Shown here piece after piece: positions 1 to 7,611 of a stretch of 38,737 nt of DNA. Made by a program: the position numbers and the translations under genes. Within the stretch, counting starts at the first letter, position 1, and the number at the start of each line of letters is the position of its first letter. This stretch comes from an uncultured Candidatus Saccharibacteria bacterium. GTDB lineage: Bacteria; Patescibacteriota; Minisyncoccia; Phycocordibacterales; JAACPR01. The stretch is from NCBI GenBank assembly GCA_964630375.1, contig CAZVRT010000002.1, forward strand, positions 1 to 38,737, given 5' to 3'. A model generated the notes under the pieces. That model worked only from the letters and a program-made list of their open reading frames with translations, was not told the DNA's origin and searched no databases.

Positions 1-205
1 CCTTAGTGAAGCACTTCACGTGCTTCTAGATATATTCACCATTTCTGGTGCTCAAATACTCAGTACCTTTATGATACAAAATGCACCATTTCGCACAAGA
101 TGCAGAGGTGCAAATGGATTGTTCGGATACAGGTATGGGTTTTGGTCAAATCTATTTGCATTTGTTGCACCAAGTTCTTTCAAAAAAGTTATAATGTGAG
201 TACCA

Positions 206-1243
206 ATGAAAGAACTAGACCACAATTCAATTTTTACAAAATTAGGCAATACCATTGATACAAGTGGTAATGTTTCCGCTCGCGAGACATCTACAATGGA
301 GTTTAAAGAAAACTTTAATTGGGGTAGCCGAGACAAGTATGCGAAAAGCTTCGCTGCTTTTTCAAACAACAAGGGCGGTTATTTGGTATTTGGAATTTCC
401 GATAACCCAAGAAAGATCATGGGTCTAACATCCAACAATTTTAATAATCTCGACGAAGCAACGATTACAGCGTATTTGAATGGATTGTTTTCACCAGAAA
501 TACAATACGAAAAATTCATAGTAGATGTAAAAGGTCATACGTTAGGGATAATTTATGTGTATCAATCTGAAGATAGACCAGTGATCGCAATCAAAAACGA
601 TGGTGATGTACAAGAAGCAGTTATTTACTATCGTTATAATGCCCGCAATGACAAGATTAAGTATCCTGAATTAAAATCATTGTTCTTAAAAGCCAAGGAA
701 GATGAAAGAAAGCACTGGATGAGTCTCTTTGAGAGAGTATCAAAAATTGGTCCTTCAAATAGTGCGATATTGGATGTGGTAAATGGAACCATTGAAGGTG
801 GTGCTAACTCGGTGTTAATTGACCAGAAGCTCGTTAAAAAACTCAAGTTCATTAAGGAAGGTAGTTTTTCTCCGAAAGGTAAACCTACACTCAAGTTGAT
901 TGGTGATGTTCGTCCGATTGCTGTTGCAGGATACAAGCCAGGAAAATCAGAATTGAGGATTACAACAGACCCTACTGCACCAGCTGTAAGAGAAGAGACC
1001 ATTTTGAAGAATTATCCATTTGGTTATAAGGATTTGGTGAAGAAGCTGACCGAACGTTATTCTAACTTTAAGACAAATCCGAGATTCCATAGTATCCGAA
1101 AAGGTCTTGTAAAAGATGAAAAATTCTGCAAACCAAGGTATCTAGATCCAAATAATACAAAAGGTACGAAGAAGGATTTTTATAGTGAAGCTATTATCAC
1201 AGAGTTCGATAAGCACTACACAAAGAAGAAATCTAAAAAATAG
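206..1243 (+). CDS. AlbA_2/Schlafen-like putative DNA-binding domain protein
   Basis: 345-aa ATG-started ORF. The N-terminal segment ARETSTMEFKENFNW...NKGGYLVFGISDN resembles the AlbA_2 (PF04326) signature (E-x-x-EFK, GG-x-hydrophobic-x-GV). The C-terminal half is not recognised. Confidence 0.7.
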   Translation: MKELDHNSIFTKLGNTIDTSGNVSARETSTMEFKENFNWGSRDKYAKSFAAFSNNKGGYLVFGISDNPRKIMGLTSNNFNNLDEATITAYLNGLFSPEIQYEKFIVDVKGHTLGIIYVYQSEDRPVIAIKNDGDVQEAVIYYRYNARNDKIKYPELKSLFLKAKEDERKHWMSLFERVSKIGPSNSAILDVVNGTIEGGANSVLIDQKLVKKLKFIKEGSFSPKGKPTLKLIGDVRPIAVAGYKPGKSELRITTDPTAPAVREETILKNYPFGYKDLVKKLTERYSNFKTNPRFHSIRKGLVKDEKFCKPRYLDPNNTKGTKKDFYSEAIITEFDKHYTKKKSKK

Positions 1244-1390
1244 CCAGCTTTTTACGTGTGTCGCATTGTCGCATTTACCACTCTCAAATCGACCTGTCCG
1301 CGTCCCGATCCCATTTGAAAAGTAGCTCAAAAACCCTTACAAGGTCTTGGTCCACAATGTTCTGAACTCGTCTGGGGAGCCCCAGTGATG

Positions 1391-1421
1391 AAACCTCACA
1401 AATTGTGAGGTTTTGTCTTTT
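1391..1421 (+). terminator. Intrinsic terminator-like hairpin (CCTCACA-AAT-TGTGAGG followed by TTTTGTCTTTT)
   Basis: 7-bp stem at 1394-1400/1404-1410 followed by a T-rich run on the plus strand only. It lies about 150 nt after the stop of the 206..1243 gene. Confidence 0.5.
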
Positions 1422-1511
1422 ATTGCTTGATACTTTGGACGGCTTTTTACCATTTTTGCGTGAATTTATGCTAAAAGTCACTCAAATTCACGGTGTTTCG
1501 AGTCGGTTATA

Positions 1512-1540
1512 TTGACATATATAGTTATCTGTGCTAATAT
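1512..1540 (+). promoter_or_regulatory. Sigma70-like promoter TTGACA-17 nt-TAATAT for the 1592..2020 gene
   Basis: TTGACA at 1512-1517, a 17-nt spacer, and TAATAT at 1535-1540. A 9-bp perfect inverted repeat (CGTGAATTT 1459-1467 / AAATTCACG 1484-1492) sits just upstream. An AGGAG Shine-Dalgarno motif lies at 1578-1582. Confidence 0.55.
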
Positions 1541-1591
1541 ACCAACAGTTTCGAAAATCACTTCAACCTCAAACCACAGGAGACTACCACC

Positions 1592-2020
1592 ATGAAAGAA
1601 ATCACCACCGAGGAGAAGGAGCAGTTCTTTTTCTTCTGGATGACCCAACGCCAAGCCATCGAAGGCCACGTGTCCGAACAGACGATGTATTGGTTCAACA
1701 CCTACACCGCCAAGGACAACGTCGGCTACGAGTTCGGGCAACTTCGCCCAGGCAAACTCGGTCAGTGGGACCTTTACCACTGGCTCACCGATCTCGAAAT
1801 TCACTGCGACGAGAACGAGGCGCTCATTGCCTCGGGCCTCACAATAGCGGAAGTCGCCGAGGAAAAACGCCGTGAACACTACCGTGAGAACTGCGTCAAT
1901 CCCGACGACCAGCTCGAAATCGCGATATTCGAACGACTTCAAGGCATGAGCCTTGAGCAGCTAAACGCCGTGATCGACCGCTGGGAAGCACGCCTGGAGC
2001 TAACAGGTCACACCGCTTGA
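1592..2020 (+). CDS. Hypothetical Trp-rich acidic protein in a GC-rich cassette, no family recognised
   Basis: 142-aa ORF with a consensus promoter, an AGGAG motif 9 nt upstream of the ATG, and a strong terminator downstream. Its G+C is far above the flanking genes. The antisense ORFs 1478..1942 and 1531..1875 are judged artefacts of the GC-rich composition. Confidence 0.7.
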   Translation: MKEITTEEKEQFFFFWMTQRQAIEGHVSEQTMYWFNTYTAKDNVGYEFGQLRPGKLGQWDLYHWLTDLEIHCDENEALIASGLTIAEVAEEKRREHYRENCVNPDDQLEIAIFERLQGMSLEQLNAVIDRWEARLELTGHTA

Positions 2021-2044
2021 AGAAATGAGCTTTAGGCTCACACA

Positions 2045-2080
2045 ACGCCGACCCTACCAAGGGTCGGCGTTCTTCTTTTC
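2045..2080 (+). terminator. Intrinsic terminator of the GC-rich cassette
   Basis: Perfect 10-bp stem ACGCCGACCC (2045-2054) / GGGTCGGCGT (2061-2070) with a 6-nt loop, followed by TCTTCTTTTC. Confidence 0.8.
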
Positions 2081-2450
2081 AATCTAAAATAAAAACAACC
2101 CTGACAAATAAATGCCAGAGCTGATAGGTTTTTTATGATTTTATCCAACGAGTTTCCAAGGAAGCTCTGAACCTCCTCCAAAAACTTGAACAGTTGAAGC
2201 CTCCACATGCGAAGCATAAACTACTTCCGGAACTTCCCAACTCTTCCGTTCGATGGTCATCATTTCCGAACTGACTTTCATGCCGTAAAGGTCAAGAAAA
2301 TTTTCGGAAAGAAATGGACCGAGATGCTCAAGAGCGTTGTCTTCGTCAAAAGTACTAAAAACAAAAAGAGCATGAGCTCCGAGTTTGAGAAGATTATCTT
2401 GTAATAAAAAAATCTTCTACTCTTAATAAAGGTCATTAAGAGTACGCTCC

Positions 2451-2478
2451 AGTTGGTTTTGTGACCAACTTTTTTTTA
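2451..2478 (+). terminator. Intrinsic terminator-like hairpin
   Basis: AGTTGGT (2451-2457) / ACCAACT (2464-2470) followed by T7 (2471-2477). It is oriented for the plus strand, and the transcript it ends is unclear (see rejected items). Confidence 0.5.
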
Positions 2479-2561
2479 TTTATTGATTCTGCATAAATTC
2501 ACAAACGAAAAATTATCATAAAAATAACTGCTATAATAAATATGTTTAATTTAAAAAACAT

Positions 2562-3146
2562 ATGAAAAAATATATTGCAGAATTTTTTGGAACAGCACTT
2601 TTGACATTAGGAGTTTTACTTTCTTTGTCAGGCAACTTCCCTGTCTCAACTCCTGTTCTAGCAGCTTTGATTGTAGGTTTATTAGTTTACACAATGGGAC
2701 ATCTTTCTGGAACACACATCAATCCCGCAGTTACAATTGCAGCATTTTCTCTAAAGAAAATGTCAGCCAAAGATGCAGGATTTTATATAGTAGCGCAATT
2801 TATTGGAGCGTTAGTTGGATTACAAATTGCAAAATTTTTCACACAAACTCCATTAATAACAGTAGAAAATAGTTCGACAGTTTTTATGGCAGAAGCAATC
2901 GGAACTTTTGTTCTTATGTTTGCAATCGCTTCAGTTATACATAGTCACATAAAAAAATCTATGTTCGGAATTGTAATCGGTTCAGCACTTCTTATCGGAA
3001 TATCAATGGCAGCACTTGGAGGTTCAAATGCAATTTTAAATCCGGCAGTCGCACTTGGTTTGGGTTCATTCAATCTGACATATTTAATTTCTCCGATTGT
3101 AGGAGCTGTGGCAGGTGCATGGTTTTACAAAAAAGTATTTGCATAA
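2562..3146 (+). CDS. MIP-family channel (aquaporin/glycerol-facilitator-like), short form
   Basis: 194-aa hydrophobic ORF with the two canonical NPA boxes (SGTHINPAVTI and AILNPAVALG) and an N-terminal AEFFGT motif. Confidence 0.9.
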   Translation: MKKYIAEFFGTALLTLGVLLSLSGNFPVSTPVLAALIVGLLVYTMGHLSGTHINPAVTIAAFSLKKMSAKDAGFYIVAQFIGALVGLQIAKFFTQTPLITVENSSTVFMAEAIGTFVLMFAIASVIHSHIKKSMFGIVIGSALLIGISMAALGGSNAILNPAVALGLGSFNLTYLISPIVGAVAGAWFYKKVFA

Positions 3147-3161
3147 AATAACTAAAAATTT

Positions 3162-3632
3162 ATGAATAATATTTTTAAATTTATTATTGCCATAGTTGTT
3201 TCTCAACTTGCAGGAATTATTGGATCTGTTTTTACCACGCCAGCAATTCCGGAATGGTACGCAACACTTGCAAAACCTGAGTTCGCTCCATCAAATTGGG
3301 TTTTTGCTCCCGTTTGGACAACACTTTTTGTAATGATGGGTATTGCCGCTTTTCTGGTTTGGAAAAAAGGTTTAAATCACAAAGATGTAAAAATTGCACT
3401 TAGTATTTTTATCGTTCAACTAATCTTAAATACTTTCTGGTCAATAATTTTCTTCGGACTTAAATCCCCCGGAGTAGCTTTTGTAGAAATTATTTTCCTA
3501 TGGATTGCGATCCTGGCGACAATAATTACTTTCGCCAAAATCTCAAAACCAGCTTCTTGGCTTCTTGTTCCCTACATTCTTTGGGTAACTTTTGCAGGCT
3601 TTCTAAACTACTCAATTTGGATTCTTAATTAA
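3162..3632 (+). CDS. tspO: TspO/MBR family tryptophan-rich sensory protein
   Basis: 156 aa with five hydrophobic segments. WYATLAKPEFAPSNWVFAPVWTTLF and the C-terminal LLVPYILWVTFAGFLN are typical of TspO. Confidence 0.9.
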   Translation: MNNIFKFIIAIVVSQLAGIIGSVFTTPAIPEWYATLAKPEFAPSNWVFAPVWTTLFVMMGIAAFLVWKKGLNHKDVKIALSIFIVQLILNTFWSIIFFGLKSPGVAFVEIIFLWIAILATIITFAKISKPASWLLVPYILWVTFAGFLNYSIWILN

Positions 3633-4394
3633 TTTATCTCTATAAATCAAAGAAACCAGCGCGAAACTTAAAATTAACAAAAGAAACCACGAGCCCATCT
3701 TCCCCATTGAAACCAAATTCCAGTTTTCTAATTGATTTGGGTACAACCAAATTCTCGTAAATGTTCCAATGTTCTCAGCAATCCACACGAAAAAAGAAGT
3801 CAGAACAACTGTTATAAGAAAAGGAATATTCCGTTCTTTTTTATAAACTTTGAAATAAACTTTTGTTTTGTAAAAAACTAGCAAAATATAAGCAAATAAA
3901 ATATATCTGATATCAAAATAAAAATGATGAGTGAAAAAATTTACATAAATTAAAATTGCAATAATCCAAAGATGAAAATATGCCGGAAAATTTTCATATC
4001 GAAGTTTTAGAAAAATAAAAGCTCTTGAAATATAACTTCCTATTGCTGAATAAAGAAATCCTGTAAATAAAGGTACTGTACCGATGACAAAAATTGCAGA
4101 TTTAACATCAGGATAAACCCAAGAACCAATAGAGGGATTGGTTTTAAATAATTCCATTCCTGTTGCCAAAATATGAAAAATAATAATTACTAAAAATTCC
4201 CTAGGGGTTTCCGCTTTAAATATCAGCATGCAAATTTGAAAAAGAACTGCTGAAAGAAAAATAAAATCATACCGACCTATAAAAGGAATTGTGACAATCT
4301 CAGTCAGTAAAAATATAGTTAATAAAAAAGCACCAAAATAACTCGCTCTTAAACTAGCAATAAAGAAATACCATAATTCAGTCAGAGCTTTCAT
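3612..4394 (-). CDS. Polytopic membrane protein, DUF817-like
   Basis: The ORF is open to 4550, but the Met at 4394 (MKALTELWYFF...) gives about 260 aa and removes the overlap with the divergent gene at 4495. RYDFIFLSAVLFQ...HILATGMELFKT...GSWVYPD resembles DUF817 as I remember it. Confidence 0.65.
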   Translation of the reverse strand: MKALTELWYFFIASLRASYFGAFLLTIFLLTEIVTIPFIGRYDFIFLSAVLFQICMLIFKAETPREFLVIIIFHILATGMELFKTNPSIGSWVYPDVKSAIFVIGTVPLFTGFLYSAIGSYISRAFIFLKLRYENFPAYFHLWIIAILIYVNFFTHHFYFDIRYILFAYILLVFYKTKVYFKVYKKERNIPFLITVVLTSFFVWIAENIGTFTRIWLYPNQLENWNLVSMGKMGSWFLLLILSFALVSLIYRDKLIKNPN

Positions 4395-4494
4395 ATTAGT
4401 TGATTTAAACAATAGCAAATTAGTGAGTTTAGTAAACGAGGTTTGACATAATTTAAATGTTGGTAAAATATACAAACGAAAGATCCTTCCTAAA

Positions 4495-4935
4495 ATGAAA
4501 ACGATTATCAGACCAGAAGAAAGGGGTTGGGATATAAGAGAGGTAAACAAAAAAGTTATTAAGCTAATGCAATTTGGCGCTCGTGTTATGAGAATGACAC
4601 GAAATATTGGTGCATTTGACTATCATTTAGTCTTTGAGCCCGAAAGAGATGTTTACGTTGTGATTTTCATGTCAATCGGGGATTGGCAAAGCGAATATAA
4701 TTTGATCATTACGGATATGATGGTCATACCAATAGAATACCGACGCAAAGGTTATGGCACTACAGCTATTTCAATTTTAGCTCATTGGTGCTCTGAAAAT
4801 GATTTCACTGAGATTGTTGCGACTCAAGTTTCTGATCCAAATTCAATCAAGTTTTGGGAGAAAAATGGTTTTGTTCGACTTCCCGAACCGAACCAGACTA
4901 GCGACTACATTCGCCAAATCTCCCCCACGATCTGA
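4495..4935 (+). CDS. GNAT-family N-acetyltransferase (small)
   Basis: 146 aa. YRRKGYGTTAI...KFWEKNGF matches the GNAT acetyl-CoA-binding motif A (R/Q-x-x-G-x-G/A) and the C-terminal beta-strand motif. Confidence 0.7.
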   Translation: MKTIIRPEERGWDIREVNKKVIKLMQFGARVMRMTRNIGAFDYHLVFEPERDVYVVIFMSIGDWQSEYNLIITDMMVIPIEYRRKGYGTTAISILAHWCSENDFTEIVATQVSDPNSIKFWEKNGFVRLPEPNQTSDYIRQISPTI

Positions 4936-4993
4936 TTTCATTTCAAGCTCTCCAAAAGAGCTTTTTATTTTTAAAATCTGATAATATATAAAT

Positions 4994-5473
4994 ATGAGAA
5001 AAATAATTGATATCTTAATAATTTTATTTTTAATAGCAGGAATTGTGGTAGCTTATCTTTGCTTTTTTCAAAATAAAAAATCAGAAGTAAATATTTCTTC
5101 AAACTCAAAACCGACAGAATTAGAAATTGATAAACTTCCTGCAACAAAATATGTTACAGCGGTAGATTGGCCTGCGAGTATTCAAATAATTGACGAACCA
5201 TACAGTTGTACTGAAGCCGGAGATGAATTTCAGAGAGCAGGAATAACTGAAGAAAAAACAATTGGAAATAAAACTTATTGCGTTACAAAAGTTTCAGAAG
5301 GTGCAGCTGGAAGTGTTTACACTCAATATGCATATGCTCGAGCAGAAGAAGATAAAACTCGAATCGCAACTTTTAGCTTCAGATTTGTGCAATGCGTGAA
5401 TTATGACGAACCTCAACAATCAGAATGTAAAATTGAACAAGAAAACTTCAATTCTGATTTGTTGGTAAATTAG
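4994..5473 (+). CDS. Hypothetical membrane-anchored/secreted protein
   Basis: 159 aa with an N-terminal hydrophobic helix (IIDILIILFLIAGIVVAYLCFF) and four Cys in the soluble part. No family recognised. Confidence 0.6.
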   Translation: MRKIIDILIILFLIAGIVVAYLCFFQNKKSEVNISSNSKPTELEIDKLPATKYVTAVDWPASIQIIDEPYSCTEAGDEFQRAGITEEKTIGNKTYCVTKVSEGAAGSVYTQYAYARAEEDKTRIATFSFRFVQCVNYDEPQQSECKIEQENFNSDLLVN

Positions 5474-5487
5474 TTTTTAAATATTTT

Positions 5488-5521
5488 AAAAAAGCCGCGG
5501 ACGAAGTCCGCGGCTAAAAAC
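5488..5521 (-). terminator. Intrinsic terminator between convergent genes (best for the desaturase)
   Basis: 10-bp GC-rich stem AGCCGCGGAC (5493-5502) / GTCCGCGGCT (5506-5515) with a GAA loop. The minus-strand reading is followed by TTTTTT. The plus-strand reading has the A-tract before the stem, so it may also act bidirectionally. Confidence 0.75.
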
Positions 5522-5540
5522 CCAAAACACCACAACCACC

Positions 5541-6392
5541 TTAGATCATATTCGTCGGTTCTCTAACATCCCACACCAAACCAAACAATTTCATCAACCG
5601 AATCGTCCAGTATGTTGAGTCATATTCAAACCAACGCATTCCATGCGAAGCCGAGCATTGATCAGCATGATGATTGTTGTGCCAACCTTCTCCAAAAGTG
5701 ATCAGAGCAACCCACCAAAGATTTCGAGAATTATCTCTTGTATCTTTGAAGTTTTGATAACCCCAAGTGTGAGTAGCAGAATTCACAAACCAAGTCGCGT
5801 GAAAAACTGCAATTGTCCTCAAGCCAATTCCCCAGACAACCCAAGAAACAGCATGATTCATTCCACCAAAAACAAAACCTGTGATAAAAAGAAAAATTGC
5901 CAAAACAATCTGCGGCACCCACCAGTATCGATGGAACCACAACATCATTTTTTCTTTCTTTAAATCCAATGCTCTGTCTGTCGCACAAAAATCCTCAGGC
6001 ACTTTACTCAAAACCCAAGTTATATGCGCCCAAGAAAATCCATGCAAAGGAGAATGAGGATCATGTTCTTTATCCGAATGTTTATGATGAGAACGATGTG
6101 TTCCAACCCAAACCAACGGAGAACCTTGCCATGCCAAACACCCACATCCGGTTAAGATAAATCTCAGCCACTTCGATGTTTTGAAGGATTTGTGAGTTAG
6201 CAATCTGTGATAACAAAGCGTAACTCCAAGTCCTCCACTCACCCAATACAAAACACAAAACCACGCAACACCACTCCAGCTAAAGAACTGAGGCAGCAAA
6301 GCAAGTCCTGCGAGCAAATGCAAAAGAATCATTCCAATGGTCACCGATTTGTCAGCACGATGTTGCCACCATTCACGAGAAATGTTTTTCAT
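5541..6392 (-). CDS. Membrane fatty-acid (acyl-CoA/acyl-lipid delta-9-type) desaturase
   Basis: 283 aa with the three histidine boxes in the order typical of delta-9 desaturases: HRLLTHKSF, HRSHHKHSD and HNNHHA. Hydrophobic N-terminal and central segments are present. Confidence 0.9.
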   Translation of the reverse strand: MKNISREWWQHRADKSVTIGMILLHLLAGLALLPQFFSWSGVAWFCVLYWVSGGLGVTLCYHRLLTHKSFKTSKWLRFILTGCGCLAWQGSPLVWVGTHRSHHKHSDKEHDPHSPLHGFSWAHITWVLSKVPEDFCATDRALDLKKEKMMLWFHRYWWVPQIVLAIFLFITGFVFGGMNHAVSWVVWGIGLRTIAVFHATWFVNSATHTWGYQNFKDTRDNSRNLWWVALITFGEGWHNNHHADQCSASHGMRWFEYDSTYWTIRLMKLFGLVWDVREPTNMI

Positions 6393-6540
6393 TTTGGATT
6401 CCTTTCTGTTAATTTTTTAAGAACTTCTTGTCCTAAATTTTATCATTTTTAAAAAAAGTTTTTATTTGACAAAAATTAAATTTTAATGTTAATTAGAAAT
6501 GACTTTTGAACCTTCCACCTTGAAAAATTAAGAGAATTAA

Positions 6541-6849
6541 ATGAGCATAGAAAAATGGTCAAACACTTTGGAAATTGAGATTCCCAACATTCCAGGAGAA
6601 GTAACAGTGAGGATTCCTGAATCAGTTTTTGCGTTGTTTCATCCCAGAAAAAATGGAAGCTTCTTAACTCTGGGGTACGGACCAGTAGAACCTGGTTCAC
6701 CGATTGTTAGTCGAAAAATTTTCTTCAGATCAAGAGATCAGAAACCTCCTGAAAATGCAGAGCTTCAGTCAGATGCTCAAGAAACTAGATATCGGACAAA
6801 AGCCCGAATTTATCTAGAAAAGACATCCGCCCCACTCAACTTTCGTTGA
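6541..6849 (+). CDS. Hypothetical protein
   Basis: 102-aa ATG ORF in an otherwise empty interval. No family recognised and coding status is uncertain. Confidence 0.35.
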   Translation: MSIEKWSNTLEIEIPNIPGEVTVRIPESVFALFHPRKNGSFLTLGYGPVEPGSPIVSRKIFFRSRDQKPPENAELQSDAQETRYRTKARIYLEKTSAPLNFR

Positions 6850-6858
6850 GTTTTTATT

Positions 6859-7149
6859 TTACGCAGCCATTTTTTCAAAAGAATCTTCTTGATACAATTC
6901 GTTTTCTAATTCTTGTAAAATTTTTTCTCTTAATTCTGGATTTTCCAAATCAGTCCACAAATTTGGATTTTCTGAAAATTTTGTAACAATTAATTCTCTG
7001 AACTTGCCACTATAATTCCCCACCCAATCAGCCAAATCATAATCTGTTAACTCTTTTCCAAAATCTTTTCTTTCGGCTAGTTCAACTTGAAGAGTATTAT
7101 TGATCTCCAAATGTTGCCCTGGTTCATTTATAGATTCAAAATTGTTCAT
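6859..7149 (-). CDS. Hypothetical small acidic protein
   Basis: 96-aa ORF with plausible globular, acidic composition. No motif recognised. Confidence 0.5.
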   Translation of the reverse strand: MNNFESINEPGQHLEINNTLQVELAERKDFGKELTDYDLADWVGNYSGKFRELIVTKFSENPNLWTDLENPELREKILQELENELYQEDSFEKMAA

Positions 7150-7234
7150 ACTTAAATTTTAGCATAAGTCTTTAAAAAATATTTGAGTTGCAAAAATATA
7201 CTAAAATGCTAGATTCAAATGGAACTCAACCCAT

Positions 7235-7558
7235 TTGAACATTATGAAAATTAGCGACAAGACCTTGCTCCAAATCATGGAGCTCATTGGGGACTCTTTT
7301 GAAATTATACAAGAAACTTCCAATATACTGGAAGCCACGGGCATGAGGCCCGATCTTCTTGAAAAGATCGAAGCTGTTCAATCCAAAGCCACTGAAACTG
7401 CAAACAAGATTGCCTGCGAATCTGGAACGCTGAGCATCTCCTCTGGAGGAAGAGGTTTTACGGTAATCGACTTTTTCAAAAAGTACTCCGCCATCCAAGA
7501 ACTCCAAGAACATTCAGACCAAATGCATCAAGCTGCGTTGGACAACGGACTAATCTGA
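7235..7558 (+). CDS. Hypothetical protein
   Basis: 107-aa ORF followed by a plus-oriented terminator. The overlapping antisense ORF 7226..7513 looks less protein-like. Confidence 0.5.
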   Translation: MNIMKISDKTLLQIMELIGDSFEIIQETSNILEATGMRPDLLEKIEAVQSKATETANKIACESGTLSISSGGRGFTVIDFFKKYSAIQELQEHSDQMHQAALDNGLI

Positions 7559-7568
7559 CTCTTCAACA

Positions 7569-7606
7569 CTCATACCAAAATAAAAACGGTATGAGAATTT
7601 TTATTT
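7569..7606 (+). terminator. Intrinsic terminator
   Basis: CTCATACC (7569-7576) / GGTATGAG (7588-7595) followed by AATTTTTATTT. Confidence 0.6.
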
Positions 7607-7611
7607 CAAAA

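Noticed and set aside
52-372. 106-aa minus-strand ORF at the left edge.
   Set aside because: It overlaps the well-supported AlbA_2-like gene by more than 160 nt, has no recognisable motif, and its start would lie inside that gene. The hairpin at 8..26 (GAAGCAC/GTGCTTC) may simply be the terminator of a gene outside the window.
1478-1942. 154-aa minus-strand ORF, plus the 114-aa plus-strand ORF 1531..1875, overlapping the 142-aa gene.
   Set aside because: Long antisense or off-frame ORFs are expected in GC-rich DNA. Only the 1592..2020 frame has a promoter, an SD site and a terminator in register. The same reasoning rejects the many 60-110-aa ORFs overlapping 33593..38737 on either strand.
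2100-2404. A region open in both directions. The plus-strand 65-aa ORF 2207..2404 is very basic. A minus-strand frame of about 88 codons (…ALFVFSTFDEDNALEHLGPFLSENFLDLYGMKVSSEMMTIERKSWEVPEVVYASHVEASTVQVFGGGSELPWKLVG) looks more protein-like, but it has no start codon until a late Met.
   Set aside because: I cannot decide between a small plus-strand gene ended by the 2451..2478 terminator and a decayed minus-strand gene remnant. Neither is supported well enough to annotate. A homology search with the minus-strand translation would resolve it.
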